Shown here: positions 61,221 through 64,000 of the stretch, in pieces
Layout: every line of letters starts with the position of its first letter
How positions within the stretch are numbered: the first letter of the stretch is position 1
Assembly (NCBI GenBank): GCA_039630575.1
Contig: JBCNUW010000004.1
Location: 56,149 to 120,148 of the forward strand
From: Candidatus Hydrothermales bacterium
GTDB taxonomy: Bacteria; Hydrothermota; Hydrothermia; Hydrothermales; JAJRUZ01
Direction: 5' to 3'
DNA: 64,000 bases
Notes under the pieces: generated by a model
Database searches by the model: none
Told to the model about the DNA's origin: nothing
The model's input: the letters and a program-made list of their open reading frames with translations, nothing else
Translations under genes and position numbers: made by a program

Positions 61221-62420
61221 ATGGAAGAAGTAGTAAAGGAGATAATTTCAAAAAATAATAAGAAGATACTTTTATTTGTCATAGATGGTCTCTCTGGACT
61301 TCCCTTAAACGGGAAAACAGAGATGGAGGTTGCAAATAAACCGAATCTTGATGAACTTGCAAAAAGATCTACCTGTGGAAGAATTTTACCGTGTGAATGG
61401 GGAATAACACCCGGAAGTGGACCTGCTCATCTTTCTCTTTTTGGTTATGATCCATTTAGGTATCAGATAGGAAGAGGTGTTCTTGAAGCACTTGGTGTAG
61501 GAGCAGATCTTAAAAAGGGTGATATAGCTATAAGATGTAATTTTTGTAAGATCGATGAAAATGGCATTGTTGTTGATAGGAGAGCTGGAAGAATTGAAAC
61601 TGAAGAATCAAGAAAACTTGTTGAAAAATTAAAAGGAGAAATTAAAAAAATAGATGATGTAGAGATTATACTTTATCCGGGCAAGGAGCACAGATTTGTT
61701 TTAATTCTAAGAGGTGAAGAGCTTTCACCTGAGCTTAAAGACACTGATCCGTTAAAGGAGGGGAAGAAACCTTTTGACCTTGTTGCAAAAGATAAAAAAA
61801 CTGAAAAAACAAAAAAGGTAGTGGAAGACTTTTTAAAAAAAGCTGCTAAAGTTTTAAAAGATGAAAAGAAAGCAAATTATGTTCTTTTAAGGGGTTTTTC
61901 TTCTCTTCCAGAGTGGGAAACTTTCGAAGAAAAGTGGAAACTTAAAGCCTGTGGTATAGCTTACTACCCAATGTATAAAGGGCTTGCAAAGCTAGTTGGA
62001 ATGGATGTTGTTGAGAATGTTAATGATTTTGAAGAGGCTTGTAATTTGTTGCCAGAAGTTTTTAAAAATTACGATTTTATATATCTTCACTATAAAGAAA
62101 CAGACAAAAAGGGTGAAGATGGTGATTTTTATGGTAAAGTTAAAGAAATAGAAAATGTAGATAAGTATATCCCTTTTATAATTAAATCCGGTGCCGATGT
62201 GATAGCAATAACAGCCGATCACTCTACACCAGCTGTTTTAAAAAGTCATTCATGGCATCCGACACCTCTTCTTATTTATTCACCAATAATAGAACCTGAT
62301 AATTGTGAAAAGTTTGACGAGAGAGAAGTTTTAAAGGGATATCTCGGTATTATTAAGGGTAATAAACTTTTACCACTTTTACTTGCTTTATCGGGAAAAT
62401 TAGAAAAGTTTGGAGCATAG
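61221..62420 (+). CDS. apgM: 2,3-bisphosphoglycerate-independent phosphoglycerate mutase (archaeal type)
   Basis: DGL, TPGSGPAHL, GRGVLEA, DRRAGRI, TADHSTP, HSWHP. Confidence 0.92.
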   Translation: MEEVVKEIISKNNKKILLFVIDGLSGLPLNGKTEMEVANKPNLDELAKRSTCGRILPCEWGITPGSGPAHLSLFGYDPFRYQIGRGVLEALGVGADLKKGDIAIRCNFCKIDENGIVVDRRAGRIETEESRKLVEKLKGEIKKIDDVEIILYPGKEHRFVLILRGEELSPELKDTDPLKEGKKPFDLVAKDKKTEKTKKVVEDFLKKAAKVLKDEKKANYVLLRGFSSLPEWETFEEKWKLKACGIAYYPMYKGLAKLVGMDVVENVNDFEEACNLLPEVFKNYDFIYLHYKETDKKGEDGDFYGKVKEIENVDKYIPFIIKSGADVIAITADHSTPAVLKSHSWHPTPLLIYSPIIEPDNCEKFDEREVLKGYLGIIKGNKLLPLLLALSGKLEKFGA

Positions 62421-62458
62421 AACTTAATGGGTTAAGCTAAAATACAAAATTTTTAGAT

Positions 62459-63871
62459 ATGATAATTTCTGATTTTGAAAAGGCTATAAGAATAGAAAAT
62501 GGGAAGATAAAAGGGATTTACAAAAAGGGTGAAATAAAATCAGATTATATTTTTGAAGATGCAAAAATATTTCCCTCTTTTTGTGATTCTCATACCCATT
62601 TAATTCAAATGGGACTTTCGCAAGTGAGGTATTCTTTAGAAGAAAAAAAATCAAAAGAAGAAGTTTACGAGTTTTTAAGGGAAATTTTAAAGGAAAAAAA
62701 GGATTTAGTAATTGCATATGATTTTGATGAGAGTAACTGGAGGGAAAAAGAATTTCCAAAAAGAGAAGAAATTGATAAGATATCAAAAGAGGTACCAATT
62801 ATTCTCAGAAGAATATGCGGTCATTTTGCTGTTGGAAATTCAAAGGCTCTTGAAATTCTAAAATCAAAAAAGGCAAAAAATATAGATTTTGAAACAGGAA
62901 CGATGAAAGAAGATGTTCCTCTTTATTTAAACTATTATTTTCCACCATCAAGGGAGGAAATAAAAAGTGCTTTTGTAAGAGGTCAGGAAATTGCTCTTTT
63001 AAATGGAATAACAGAGGTTCATGAAATATTAGGACTTAAAAATTTTGAAAATATTTTAGATTTTAAAGAAAAGGATTTTTTAATCAGAATAAATTTATAT
63101 GTTGTTTTGAGAAATCTGGAAGAAATAAAAGAATTTGAGAGAATAAATGAAAAGTTTGAAGAAAGAAAATTTTTGAAATTGAAGGGAATAAAAATTTTTT
63201 CAGATGGTTCAATAGGTGCAAGGACTGCTTTCTTAAAGAGAAGTTATGAAGATTTAAAAGGAGAAAGGGGAAAACTTTTAGTTGATGAAAGCACTTTTGA
63301 AAATTTTATAAGATATTGTGAAAAAAATGGATTACAACTCCTTGTTCACGCAGTAGGAGATGCTGCGAATGAATTTGTTTTAAAAATATTTAACAAATTA
63401 ATTTCAGAAAACCCTTTGAGACATAGAATTGAACATTTTGAGATAGTTAATAAAAATATAATAAAAATGGCAAAAGATAGTAACATTTATATTTCGATGC
63501 AACCGAATTTTGTAAAAAAATGGCAAGAAAAAAATGGAATGTATTATAAAAGGCTGGGAGAAAAAAGATGGAAAAATATGAACCCTTTTAATACATTACT
63601 TTCTGAAGACCTAAAACTTTCTTTTGGTTCTGATTGTATGCCTATAGGACCTTTGTATGGAATAGAGGGAGCAGTTAATCACCCTATTCCCTCTGAAAGA
63701 ATTGATTTTGAAACCTCATTAAAACTTTATACAGAAAATCCAAGAGTCTTTTGTTTTGAAGAAAAAAATAGAGGAAGATTAAAAGAAGGATTTGATGCTG
63801 ACTTAATTATTTTAAATAAAAAAAATAATTTAGTTGCAGTTATTTTTAAAGATGAAATTATAAATTTATGA
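62459..63871 (+). CDS. YtcJ-like amidohydrolase (Amidohydro_3)
   Basis: DSHTH, KIFSDGSIGARTA, HAVGD, RHRIEH, GSD. Confidence 0.9.
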   Translation: MIISDFEKAIRIENGKIKGIYKKGEIKSDYIFEDAKIFPSFCDSHTHLIQMGLSQVRYSLEEKKSKEEVYEFLREILKEKKDLVIAYDFDESNWREKEFPKREEIDKISKEVPIILRRICGHFAVGNSKALEILKSKKAKNIDFETGTMKEDVPLYLNYYFPPSREEIKSAFVRGQEIALLNGITEVHEILGLKNFENILDFKEKDFLIRINLYVVLRNLEEIKEFERINEKFEERKFLKLKGIKIFSDGSIGARTAFLKRSYEDLKGERGKLLVDESTFENFIRYCEKNGLQLLVHAVGDAANEFVLKIFNKLISENPLRHRIEHFEIVNKNIIKMAKDSNIYISMQPNFVKKWQEKNGMYYKRLGEKRWKNMNPFNTLLSEDLKLSFGSDCMPIGPLYGIEGAVNHPIPSERIDFETSLKLYTENPRVFCFEEKNRGRLKEGFDADLIILNKKNNLVAVIFKDEIINL

Positions 63872-64000
63872 AAACAATAAAGCTTTTTATCCTATGGTTT
63901 TATATGAGTTAACCCGTGTTTGCCATCCTAATTTAAATATCGTTTAATATCAGTCATTTTTATTTTCCTCTTGTCCCTACCTAAAAATATTTTCCTTTTT

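Noticed and set aside
63868..64000. Possible gene end or start at the right edge of the window
   Set aside because: Only short open frames are visible (a minus-strand frame ends near 63928); there is too little sequence to call.

Overview
A very compact, AT-rich bacterial chromosome segment made almost entirely of core genes and centred on the likely replication origin (dnaA-dnaN with DnaA-box clusters on both sides of dnaA). It carries about 60 CDS, including ruvCA, pstS plus a porin, dnaE, purN/purD, a HK/HD-GYP signalling cluster, folP, recA, acpP-fabF, ispDF, LPS/lipid A genes, hup, der, recJ, murA, a sirtuin and apgM. It also has two tRNAs (CAT, probably Ile2; Leu-TAA) and four secreted proteins with T9SS-like C-terminal domains. 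K/E/I-rich proteins, LPS genes and T9SS-type cargo suggest a thermophilic diderm near the FCB group, possibly WOR-3 (inference only). I saw no CRISPR array, prophage, IS or intein. The most striking unexplained signal is a tRNA T-loop-like motif, GG-TTCnAnn-CC. It occurs 7 times outside tRNAs, always on the sense strand and 17-28 nt upstream of a start codon, with a covarying third base pair, and mostly in front of genes lacking a Shine-Dalgarno. The two real tRNA T-loops lie at the same distance from the next CDS. Other notable points are many leaderless and bidirectional promoters, a GC-rich inverted repeat enclosing the hup mRNA, a Pho-box-like array, and a Leptospira-like lipid A modification cluster. 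All motif searches were done by eye.
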